A stretch of 64,000 nucleotides of DNA from Macrostomum hystrix (Eukaryota > Animalia > Platyhelminthes), in NCBI GenBank assembly GCA_950097015.1, contig CATNEN010000024.1:4154001-4218000 (forward strand), in the 5' to 3' direction. The notes under the pieces were generated by a model. It had not been told where the DNA came from. It searched no databases and saw nothing but the letters and a program-made list of their open reading frames with translations. The position numbers and the translations under genes were made by a program. Shown one piece after another: positions 44,236-64,000 of this stretch. How positions within the stretch are numbered: position 1 is the stretch's first letter; every line of letters starts with the position of its first letter.

Positions 44236-45956
44236 ATTAAGATAAAGTCATTAATGAGATCTTTGAAGACATAGCATAAGTGGGATAATTAGGTGATCTT
44301 GTAGGGTCATCTGATATTTTCGGTGCGAATCGTCTAGGATCTATAACACAGACATTCCAAATATACTTCCCAGTGTTCAGCAGGGAGCTAGATTTCCCGA
44401 GCACAGATTTCTTATCCTTGATTGCAGCCTGTAATGTGAGCTTGCACTGACTGAGTTTCTCAATATGGCCAGCGTCATCCTGCAAGGAAATGACTTGGCG
44501 AAGCTGCCACGGTAGTTAAGAGCCAATCTGTTAAATTGAGATTTAGTACGCCTATCTCCTCAGTCAAAGCTTTAGAATATCGATTTTACATTCCACATTT
44601 AGGATTAGGATAGATAATTTGAGAAGGTATAGAATAAAACGTGTGCGTGTGGGCCAGGACAGAATTGACAGATGAGGCCAGGTGTGAATCTTGAGTTACC
44701 AACAGTTCCAACAAGCAAAAGCGCCAGCACACTCAGCAGCTCTTCAACCTATAGAGTGATGAAGCTGAGTGATAAAGCAGCACTGGTTGACTGACTGCCC
44801 ATGGGAGGCAGTTCTTGTCTCTGTTTTATTCAATTCACTGCACGAACCCTTATAGATTAGAAAGATGGGATGAGAGGGAAGCTTCGATTGATTCAATACT
44901 GGCATTGATCAAGAAGTGGTTCTCATTCATTATTTTTCTTGTCACGGGGTTTCCTGAAGTCGCGCTCGTAATATGCGCTGAATTTTTCGCCTAGTTGCAA
45001 TCTCCTTCGCACCACCCTCCCAAGGGACCTGCCAAGACAGGAGAAAACTCGACTAGAAATTTGAGTCGTTTATTTAGTGGCAGTAAGGTGTCGTCAACAC
45101 ACTCGATGGCATCAGATTCAGGTGATTAGGACTGAAGTTTATAAAATATATTCTACTCATTTTTCTGTGTCTGTCTCTCGGAGTTGAGCTAGCTGGTTAT
45201 TTTCCGTCCAACTGAAATTCAAACCCTTAATGTAAGAGAAAGAGTCGATTGCACTAGGAATCACGATTTTTTCAAATCCATTATCCTTCAAGTGATGACT
45301 TTTTAGCTTGAACTGTACCCTTGTTTTATATTTCTATATGCAAATATATGAACACTTCTCTGCTTTGCTAAGCGCTTTGGTCTCTATGCCAGCTTAAATG
45401 TTTAATAAGCTATCGTGAAGCCTTTGCCATATACATTTGCTAGTATAAGTCAAATTTATGGCTGTGCTTCAAAGTGCCTGGCCTACCATTCACCTTGTTC
45501 TCTGATTTCGTAATGACTGCGAACATCAAAGGACTAAAGGTTAATGACCGGTACATTTACTTGTGCCGAAGCTACAAGCTCACTGAGAATAGGAGGACTG
45601 ATAGAATCTGATGGAACAGTGAATTACTTGCAGGGTAAATGGAGTAACATTAAATGATTGATAGGTGATGACAGGTACATTGACACACGGATGATAAATG
45701 ATCGACCCATCCCAAAATATAACAATCTGCAATTCCAATTCCAATCAAAGTAAACATTTCCTTTACTCGGAAGCAACGAATACAAATCTCGCTACGTGGA
45801 TCCAGGGTCCGTGGCGAGTCGAGATCAAGGCGAAAAAATCTTTCGATTTTTGCTTTGTTCAGCTTGCGTGACAATGACTGTACGGAACACAAAGCCGTGC
45901 ATTAAAATCAGGCTAGACAATATATATTAGTGAAACTTGTTTGCAGGCCTCACTAT

Positions 45957-46006
45957 TGACGTCATCGAATGCGGAGGAAGAGTCTCAATGGATTCTCTCT
46001 GATTGG
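45957..46006 (+). promoter_or_regulatory. Candidate promoter of the prohormone gene: perfect CRE (TGACGTCA) and inverted CCAAT box
   Basis: TGACGTCA at 45957-45964 and ATTGG at 46002-46006, about 190-230 bp upstream of the ATG at 46190. Confidence 0.45.
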
Positions 46007-46189
46007 CCCGCTTCGGGAGAGTAGGCAGGAAAATGAATAGAGAAAGAGAGCAACGAGAAGGAAGCAGTTGTGAGACTATTAATCCAACCAAGCTTGATTC
46101 CGTCACATCCTTCTGCCTCGCGCTAGCAGCTGAAGCTAATTCCGCCAGCTGTACATCTTTCAAGCCGATACTGACAAGCCGGCTGAACA

Positions 46190-46513
46190 ATGAGCCTAGT
46201 TTGCGGTGTACCGTCGGGTCGCGCGATCGGCCTTCTACTTTTGTCCATCATCGTCGCCGCCTCGGTTGTCAACGCCTCAGTTGACGACGGCAACGCGGAG
46301 TCGGAAGACTGGTCGGCCGGGGTACGGCCTCTATTCGGAAGTCCCGACCGCTACAAGCGCCTATTCGACGGGCCGCTGGATCGATTCAGACGCCGCGGCG
46401 GCTACGGTAGTCACCGGCAACGGCAGCCGCTGTTCGGCAGGATGCGTCGCTTCTATCCTTCCGGCTCCTACTTCGAGGCTAGGCCGGACCGGTTCAAGAG
46501 GAACGACGAGTAA
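46190..46513 (+). CDS. Neuropeptide prohormone (107 aa, single coding exon)
   Basis: Signal peptide (AIGLLLLSIIVAASVVNA) followed by an acidic spacer and KR/RRR/RR/KR convertase sites. Internal motifs repeat: PLFG x2 and DR(Y/F)+basic x3. Confidence 0.82.
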   Translation: MSLVCGVPSGRAIGLLLLSIIVAASVVNASVDDGNAESEDWSAGVRPLFGSPDRYKRLFDGPLDRFRRRGGYGSHRQRQPLFGRMRRFYPSGSYFEARPDRFKRNDE

Positions 46514-46844
46514 AGCACCCGAAATACTCGTTGCTGACTTGTGACTGAGAACAATCGTGGTTTTTTTTAGCCCGGGGGTTAGCCCTTTACTTATTTGTTG
46601 TTGAAATTTGATTACCTATCGGAGTGAACGGCGCGTCCTATTGCTAGTTGATTCTTCGTTTCGCTTGACAAAAATAATTAATTAACTCGCGCAATTGTGA
46701 ACAAAAGAACATCAATAGACAACGAAATCGGTCGAAACGAGAATCCGTCTCTCTGAACTGTTTTAATATTAAGTGGCTGGTTATGCCACCCTCACATCCA
46801 GAGGGTGACTATCGCTTGATTCAATGATCTAGTTATCATGAAAC

Positions 46845-47085
46845 TATGGGATTATACCGTGATAATCTTGGGATTATCCTATGATAATCTTGTGATTATC
46901 CTGTGATAATCTTGTGATTATCCTGTGATAATCTTGGGATTATCCTATGATAATCTTGGGATTATCCTGTGATAATCTTGGGATTATCCTGTGATAATCT
47001 TGGGATTATCCTGTGATAATCTTGGGATTATACCGTGATAATCTTGGGATTATCCTGTGATAATCTTGGGGTTATCCTGTGATAT
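46845..47085. repeat. 22-bp minisatellite with internal palindrome (GATTATC-CTGT-GATAATC-TTGG)
   Basis: About 10 units, each with a 7-bp stem; no spacers. Confidence 0.92.
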
Positions 47086-48044
47086 CCAGTGTTTGATATC
47101 AAGTCAAAGCTTGAATGGAAGGCAAATTCTCTCTGAACTTGAGCACAACTCGACCATAGTTTTGATGGCCACGTGAAGGACTTCCTTTTTAATTCTGCCC
47201 TCTGTCTTCTATTCGCTTGCATGGTCGCACTGCAATCCAGTATTTATTTTCTCCTGTCTGACCAGACACACAGTGAGGCGCTTATTGAGGTCTTCGATTG
47301 GCAACGTTTCATATCAATTATTCAACCAGGGGGCAGCATCCGACTGTTTCGCTGGCACATGGGAGAAAATTCCCACTGGAAACTTTCCCCAATTAGGGTT
47401 CGTTTTGCTCTTCTGTCTCCAAGCAATAAATTGGAATTGAAAGCTCTGCAAGAATTTAAGCCTGTGGCGTGTATTGATTGCTTTACCAATAGAAAAACAC
47501 CGTACTAGTTTTGGGACAACGAAGCTGCAGCATTGGTCTAGCTATCGATTCGTTTGACATCACACAGACTGACTGGGTCCGTCACCTCAACTTTTATTAC
47601 ATCAGGTGTATTTTTTCTTCAACGGAACACGCTCTGAAGCTCTAGCAATTAGCGAATTACCGGGCTATTTCTTAGAAAGCACTTTTACAATGCTTGTCAA
47701 ATTGTGAAATGCTTCAATGAATGATTGTCAGCCAAGCACTTTGCATTGATTAAATATGGCGCCTATGTTTCTGAGTGTGGCATTCGCAAAGCCTATTCCG
47801 TTGTTCTGCACTTCAGTCCGGTTACCTTCACGACAGGTCTAGACGGGTACCTAAAAAAGAAAAGCCTTCTAATTTCGCCCTACAGTCTGAAATTAATTTG
47901 ATAAAATCAGGAAAACTTTTGTCGCGACAACGTTATAGATTATGCAGAAATTCAGATTGGTGAAATCCGTTTCTTGCTTTGACATACTGACTGATTTGAT
48001 TTTTTTTAAAAGAAAACCAGGATCAGAGTTTTTCGCGATTTGAA

Positions 48045-48210
48045 GCGTGGGTGTTGGAGCGGTAAAGCGTCTGACAAATAGGTCCCCGAGCTCGATTGCA
48101 CGGCGAGGCGACAATCATTTGGGGCGCAGCCGAGCGTGGGTGTTGGAGCGGTAAAGCGTCTGACAAATAGGTCCCTGAGCTCGATTGCACGGCGAGGCGA
48201 CAATCATTTG
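48045..48210 (+). mobile_element. Tandem 89-bp duplication of a tRNA-like SINE head (variant subfamily)
   Basis: GCGTGGGTGTTGGAGCGGTAAAGCG...GGTCCC(C/T)GAGCTCGATTGCACGGCGAGGCGACAATCATTTGGG at 48045 and 48134. The 3' half matches 57906-57950. Confidence 0.65.
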
Positions 48211-48973
48211 GGTCATCGCTGACGGGTCGACGACACTCGCCAAATTATGCGAGTTACTCGAGTTACACAGCCCCCCAGTAAATATGAGGAATTTGGTAAC
48301 TTTTTTCCAAATTCCGAATCTTTTTATCTCATTTTTTCTGTGCATAAAATTGGTAATTACATTTTAAGGTGACAGTTGAAAACAAAGGTAATTCATTCTT
48401 AATTAGAAATTTCCGTGTTTGAGGCTCCATTGGGGTTTGGTGAGGCTTTATATTGTATTTGAAAAACCTGAAAAGCTAATTAATATACAATTGGACGACG
48501 GGATGCCCGATGGAGTCAATCTGTGCTGGCCTCAGTAACGCTTGTACTTTTAGTCACCCACAGGGTAGAATGGCGAAGCGGAGAGGCAGGATAGGGAGAA
48601 TGCCAGCCTTGATCCCCTAACTTGGCATTTTATTGCTTGGATGGGATAATTCTGGTCGCCATAGATCTCCTGTATTCGGCCGGGGTAACACCATTGAAAT
48701 GGGATTTCTTCCGACAAAAAGAAAGAGATACATCGGCATTCTCTCTTCTAGCAGAGAAGCATTCGGATTAGGTCAAATGGCAAACAGGAAAAGACAGGAA
48801 ATGAGACAGGCACACGGCGAGATGTATATAGATCTATCCAGGCCCTCCCATCCATCCCGCTTGCCAAGGGATCTAGAGTTTGTTGAATGATGAGCAACTC
48901 GAGAGCAGCCATCTAGGAAGTTGCTCGCGCCTTATTGGGCTTGTGAAAAAGAACAGATAAACTTGAGACCAAT

Positions 48974-49377
48974 GCTTATTGACTAGGTGTTCGATCTAAT
49001 ACGCTATGCATAGAAGTCATGTAGCTTATTGACTAGGTGTTCGATCTAATACGCTATGCATAGAAGTCATGTAGCCTATTGACTAGGTGTTCGATCTAAT
49101 ACGCTATGCATAGAAGTCATGTAGCCTATTGACTAGGTGTTCGATCTAATACGCTATGCATAGAAGTCATGTAGCCTATTGACTAGGTGTTCGATCTAAT
49201 ACGCTATGCATAGAAGTCATGTAGCTTATTGACTAGGTGTTCGATCTAATACGCTATGCATAGAAGTCATGTAGCCTATTGACTAGGTGTTCGATCTAAT
49301 ACGCTATGCATAGAAGTCATGTAGCCTATTGACTAGGTGTTCGATCTAATACGCTATGCATAGAAGTCATGTAGCCT
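48974..49377. repeat. 50-bp tandem repeat, 8 near-identical copies
   Basis: GACTAGGTGT recurs at 48981, 49031 ... 49331; only a C/T variant differs between units. Confidence 0.96.
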
Positions 49378-49949
49378 TGTGCTCACAGCATCGGACTCAG
49401 GACCTTGAAGGTCGAGAGTTCGATACCAGACTTCACTGGAAAATTTGGCAAGACACGTAACCCTGCTTCTGTTCACCCAGTTGTTAAATGGATACCAGCA
49501 TTAGCTGGGGGTAATTGAGGGTGGGTGTGGCGTCCCCCCAGTCCATGGACTGAACAACTGTACGCATTCTGTGCTGTCCGCTGCACATCTGGCCCGATTG
49601 GGGCATGTAAAATAAATTGTAATTTAATCATTACGAAAGTAAAGGCCGACAGCAATAATTTCTATCGAATAGACGCACATCTTAAGTAATGTTTCGTGTA
49701 TTATTTCACACATAAAATGAAGTTGTAAAAAAGCAAAATAAATTACGACAGAAATGTACATATCTGTCGAAAACTGGTGGGGCCAAGCTTATTCTCACAT
49801 GAATATGAACTTAGCAGAATGAATACTGCAGAAAATGTTACCCATACTGCGGCGGCTGATGAAATCATTGACAACTTAATGAACACTCGTGTGGCTTAAT
49901 CACTCGTCAAAACCGTAAACAGTCCTGAAAAAGATTGCCTGTTGAATTT

Positions 49950-50635
49950 GGGGGTGGATTTGAATATTTGAGGAGGATTTGATCATTTGGGGAGGATTTG
50001 ATCATTTAGGGAGGATTTGATGATTTGGGGAGGATTTGATCATTTGGGGAGGATTTGATCATTTGGGGAGGATTTGATCATTTGGGGAGGATTTGATCAT
50101 TTGGGAATGATTTGACCATTTGGGGAGGATTTGATAATTTGAGAAGGATTTGATAATTTGGGAAGGATTTGATCATTTGGGGAGGATTTGATGATTTGGG
50201 AAGGATTTGATCGTTTGGGAAGGATTTGATCATTTGGGAAGGATTTGATCATTTGGGGAGGATTTGATGATTTGGGAAGGATTTGATGATTTGGGAAGGA
50301 TTTGATCATTTGGGAAGGATTTGATCATTTGGGGAGGATTTGATGATTTGGGAAGGATTTGATGATTTGGGAAGGATTTGATCATTTGGGGAGGATTTGA
50401 TGATTTGGGAAGGATTTGATAATTTGGGAAGGATTTGATCATTTGGGGAGGATTTGATCATTTGGGGAGGATTTGATGATTTGGGAAGGATTTGATGATT
50501 TTGGAAGGATTTGATCATTTGGGGAGGATTTGATGATTTGGGAAGGATTTGATCGTTTGGGAAGGATTTGATCATTTGGGAAGGATTTGATGATTTGGGG
50601 AGGATTTGATCATTTGGGGAGGATTTGATCATTTG
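49950..50635. repeat. 19-bp minisatellite GATCATTTGGGGAGGATTT
   Basis: Read directly. Confidence 0.94.
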
Positions 50636-50795
50636 GGGATGGATCTGATAGCTCGGGGATGGATCTGATAGCTCGGGGATGGATCTGATAGCTCGGGGAT
50701 GGATCTGATAGCTCGGGGATGGATCTGATAGCTCGGGGATGGATCTGATAGCTCGGGGATGGATCTGATAGCTCTGGGATGGATCTGATAGCTCG
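50636..50795. repeat. 20-bp minisatellite GATGGATCTGATAGCTCGGG abutting the 19-mer array
   Basis: About 7 units read directly. Confidence 0.92.
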
Positions 50796-50967
50796 GGAAG
50801 GACTTGATTGCTTGGGGAGGATTTGCAACACAATGGTTGCTTAATAATTGAAAAGGAAGTATTTTATTGGCGGCATCAATTTTAACTTCCCGATTTTTTC
50901 TTAGCAGATCAAATAACACAAAAAGAATCGATTAAGCTTTAGCCTTTTAGCCACTTCAAAATCTAAT

Positions 50968-60261
<9,294 letters not shown>

Positions 60262-60410
60262 CTGCGGGTGTTGCCATGCAATCTAAAAGTGCGTGTTGCC
60301 CTCACTTAGGTTTGAATGGAGTCTGCATACTCCTAATGATTTCTAGAGCTTTTGACTGTAAGTGAAGCTTATTTCTTCCAAAGATCTTTGGAAGGATTTC
60401 ACTCTGTCTA

Positions 60411-61050
60411 TGTCTAGATGTTCCTGGTGCTGTCTAGATGTTCCTGGTGGTGTCTAGATGTTCCTGGTGCTGTCTAGATGTTCCTGGTGGTGTCTAGATG
60501 TTTCTGGTGCTGTCTAGATGTTCCTGGTGGTGTCTAGATGTTTCTTGTGCTGTCTAGATGTTCCTGGTGGTGTCTAGATGTTCCTGGTGGTGTCTAGATG
60601 TTCCTGGTGGTGTCTAGATGTTCCTGGTGGTGTCTAGATGTCTCTGGTGCTGTCTAGATGTCTCTGGTGCTGTCTAGATGTTTCTGGTGCTGTCTAGATG
60701 TCTCTGGTGCTGTCTAGATGTTCCTGGTGGTGTCTAGATGTTCCTGGTGGTGTCTAGATGTTCCTGGTGCTGTCTAGATGTTCCTGGTGGTGTCTAGATG
60801 TTCCTGGTGGTGTCTAGATGTTCCTGGTGATGTCTAGATGTTCTTGGTGGTGTCTAGATGTTCCTGGTGGTGTCTAGATGTTCCTGGTGGTGTCTAGATG
60901 TTCCTGGTGGTGTCTAGATGTTCCTGGTGGTGTCTAGATGTTCCTGGTGCTGTCTAGATGTTCCTGGTGCTGTCTAGATGTTCCTGTTGGTGTCTAGATG
61001 TTCCTGGTTGTGTCTACTGGTAGATGTTCCTTGTTTTGTCTAGATGTTCC
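60411..61050. repeat. 20-bp minisatellite TGTCTAGATGTTCCTGGTGG
   Basis: Read directly. Confidence 0.95.
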
Positions 61051-61539
61051 CAATAATATATAAATTATCAAACCAAAGACTTTTTGAACCCCAAGTATCA
61101 TGACTAGCGACACACAATAATGCATCAGGAATATGCGACAATGAAACAAAAATGCCTGTGAAAATAGTGATAATTGCGCACTTCGTAGTTGCTAAGTGGG
61201 CGACACATTCTAGACCCAGGACACGGCTGCGAACGAGTCCAATTCGTAAATGCGCAAATTCGGTAACGTTTCGGTGACCTTGGGGACAAAATTACATCGA
61301 ATGCTGCTTGTTTGAGCGACCAGTGCCAGTAGAAGCTAATGCAGAAATTTAATTGCCTAATAAAAAGCTGCGATTTAACGCACAAATACGCAATCACTAA
61401 AGGAATTTCTCGTTTGCTAGAATCTGGGATACTTAAAGACATTAAAATTTGTACAAATTATGGTTTCGTAAAGATTCGGGTTATTGTGAAGATTCTGTTT
61501 TTTTAGATTCTGGTTTAGTAAGGAACTAGGTTTCAGGAG

Positions 61540-64000
61540 TATTCGGGTTCTGTGAAGATTCGGGTTCTGTGAAGATTCGGGTTCTGTGAAGATTCGGGTT
61601 CTGTGAAGATTCGGGTTCTGTGAAGATTCGGGTTCTGTAAAGATTCGGGTTCTGTGAAGATTCGGGTTCTGTGAAGATTCGGGTTCTGTGAAGATTCGGG
61701 TTCTGTGAAGATTCGGGTTCTGTGAAGATTCGGGTTCTGTGAAGATTCGGGTTCTGTAAAGATTCGGGTTCTGTAAAGATTCGGGTTCTGTGAAGATTCG
61801 GGTTCTGTGAAGATTCGGGTTCTGTGAAGATTCGGGTTCTGTGAAGATTCGGGTTCTGTGAAAATTCGGGTTCTGTGAAGATTCGGGTTCTGTGAAGATT
61901 CGGGTTCTGTGAAGATTCGGGTTCTGTAAAGATTCGGGTTCTGTAAAGATTCGGGTTCTGTGAAGATTCGGGTTCTGTGAAGATTCGGGTTCTGTGAAGA
62001 TTCGGGTTCTGTGAAGATTCGGGTTCTGTGAAGATTCGGGTTCTGTGAGGATTCGGGTTCTGTGAGGATTCGGGTTCTGTGAAGATTCGGGTTCTGTGAA
62101 GATTCGGGTTCTGTAAAGATTCTGGTTCTGTGAGGATTCGGGTTCTGTGAAGATTCGGGTTCTGTAAAGATTCGGGTTCTGTAAAGATTCGGGTTCTGTT
62201 AAGATTCGGGTTCTGTGAAGATTCGGGTTCTGTGAAGATTCGGGTTCTGTAAAGATTCGGGTTCTGTGAAGATTTGGGTTCTGTGAGGATTCGGGTTCTG
62301 TGAAGATTCGGGTTCTGTAAAGATTCGGGTTCTGTGAAGATTCGGGTTCTGTGAAGATTCGGGTTCTGTGAGGATTCGGGTTCTGTGAAGATTCGCGTTC
62401 TGTGAAGATTCGGGTTCTGTGAAAATTCGGGTTCTGTGAAGATTCGGGTTCTGTGAAGATTCGGGTTCTGTGAAGATTCGGGTTCTGTAAAGATTCGGGT
62501 TCTGTAAAGATTCGGGTTCTGTGAAGATTCGGGTTCTGTGAAGATTCGGGTTCTGTGAAGATTCGGGTTCTGTGAAGATTCGGGTTCTGTGAGGATTCGG
62601 GTTCTGTGAGGATTCGGGTTCTGTGAAGATTCGGGTTCTGTGAAGATTCGGGTTCTGTAAAGATTCTGGTTCTGTGAGGATTCGGGTTCTGTGAAGATTC
62701 GGGTTCTGTAAAGATTCGGGTTCTGTAAAGATTCGGGTTCTGTTAAGATTCGGGTTCTGTGAAGATTCGGGTTCTGTGAAGATTCGGGTTCTGTAAAGAT
62801 TCGGGTTCTGTGAAGATTTGGGTTCTGTGAGGATTCGGGTTCTGTGAAGATTCGGGTTCTGTAAAGATTCGGGTTCTGTGAAGATTCGGGTTCTGTGAAG
62901 ATTCGGGTTCTGTGAGGATTCGGGTTCTGTGAAGATTCGGGTTCTGTGAAGATTCGGGTTCTGTGAAGATTCGGGTTCTGTGAAGATTCGCGTTCTGTGA
63001 AGATTCGGGTTCTGTGAAAATTCGGGTTCTGTGAAGATTCGGGTTCTGTGAGGATTCGGGTTCTGTGAAGATTCGGGTTCTGTAAAGATTCGGGTTCTGT
63101 AAAGATTCGGGTTCTGTGAAGATTCGGGTTCTGTGAAGATTCGGGTTCTGTGAAGATTCGGGTTCTGTGAAGATTCGGGTTCTGTGAAGATTCGGGTTCT
63201 GTGAGGATTCGGGTTCTGTGAGGATTCGGGTTCTGTGAAGATTCGGGTTCTGTGAAGATTCGGGTTCTGTAAAGATTCTGGTTCTGTGAGGATTCGGGTT
63301 CTGTGAAGATTCGGGTTCTGTGAAGATTCGGGTTCTGTGAGGATTCGGGTTCTGTGAGGATTCGGGTTCTGTGAAGATTCGGGTTCTGTGAAGATTCGGG
63401 TTCTGTAAAGATTCGGGTTCTGTGAAGATTTGGGTTCTGTGAGGATTCGGGTTCTGTAAAGATTCTGGTTCTGTGAGGATTCGGGTTCTGTGAAGATTCG
63501 GGTTCTGTGAAGATTCGGGTTCTGTGAGGATTCGGGTTCTGTGAGGATTCGGGTTCTGTGAAGATTCGGGTTCTGTGAAGATTCGGGTTCTGTAAAGATT
63601 CTGGTTCTGTGAGGATTCGGGTTCTGTGAAGATTCGGGTTCTGTAAAGATTCGGGTTCTGTAAAGATTCGGGTTCTGTTAAGATTCGGGTTCTGTGAAGA
63701 TTCGGGTTCTGTGAAGATTCGGGTTCTGTAAAGATTCGGGTTCTGTGAAGATTTGGGTTCTGTGAGGATTCGGGTTCTGTGAAGATTCGGGTTCTGTAAA
63801 GATTCGGGTTCTGTGAAGATTCGGGTTCTGTGAAGATTCGGGTTCTGTGAGGATTCGGGTTCTGTGAAGATTCGGGTTCTGTGAAGATTCGGGTTCTGTG
63901 AAGATTCGGGTTCTGTGAAGATTCGCGTTCTGTGAAGATTCGGGTTCTGTGAAAATTCGGGTTCTGTGAAGATTCGGGTTCTGTGAAGATTCGGGTTCTG
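61540..64000. repeat. 17-bp satellite GATTCGGGTTCTGTGAA (>2.4 kb, runs off window) with ~544-612 bp higher-order blocks
   Basis: Period 17; the variant GATTCTGG recurs at ~62121, 62665 and 63277. Confidence 0.96.

Noticed and set aside
47173-47508. 111-aa ORF (also 45650..45892 and 48633..48890)
   Set aside because: No recognisable motif, no consistent splice partners, and lengths are within chance expectation.

Overview
Eukaryotic (metazoan) genomic DNA with spliceosomal GT-AG introns; there are no operons and no CRISPR array. GC-rich, polyQ-containing exons sit among many 16-60 bp minisatellite arrays. This style is most consistent with a free-living flatworm such as Macrostomum, which is an inference and not a database result. 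I reconstructed six protein-coding genes by hand and checked splice phases. (1) FNDC3 (minus, 9 exons, 9 FN3 domains plus a C-terminal tail anchor, stop just outside the window). (2) WDR47 (plus, divergent from FNDC3). (3) MRPS10 (minus). (4) An intronless SAM-dependent methyltransferase-like ORF. (5) A neuropeptide prohormone with an upstream CRE. (6) A Kirre/NEPH-type Ig adhesion receptor (minus, 5' end outside the window). Mobile DNA comprises a decayed MULE transposase, two hAT-type MITEs with perfect 8-bp TSDs, and a tRNA-derived SINE family. Nearly all long ORFs in the supplied track are translations of about 28 different tandem arrays. The most striking structure is an inverted pair of composite minisatellite+SINE elements in two introns of the Kirre-like gene. 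They bracket a 753-nt, frame-preserving three-exon cassette that contains the transmembrane helix.
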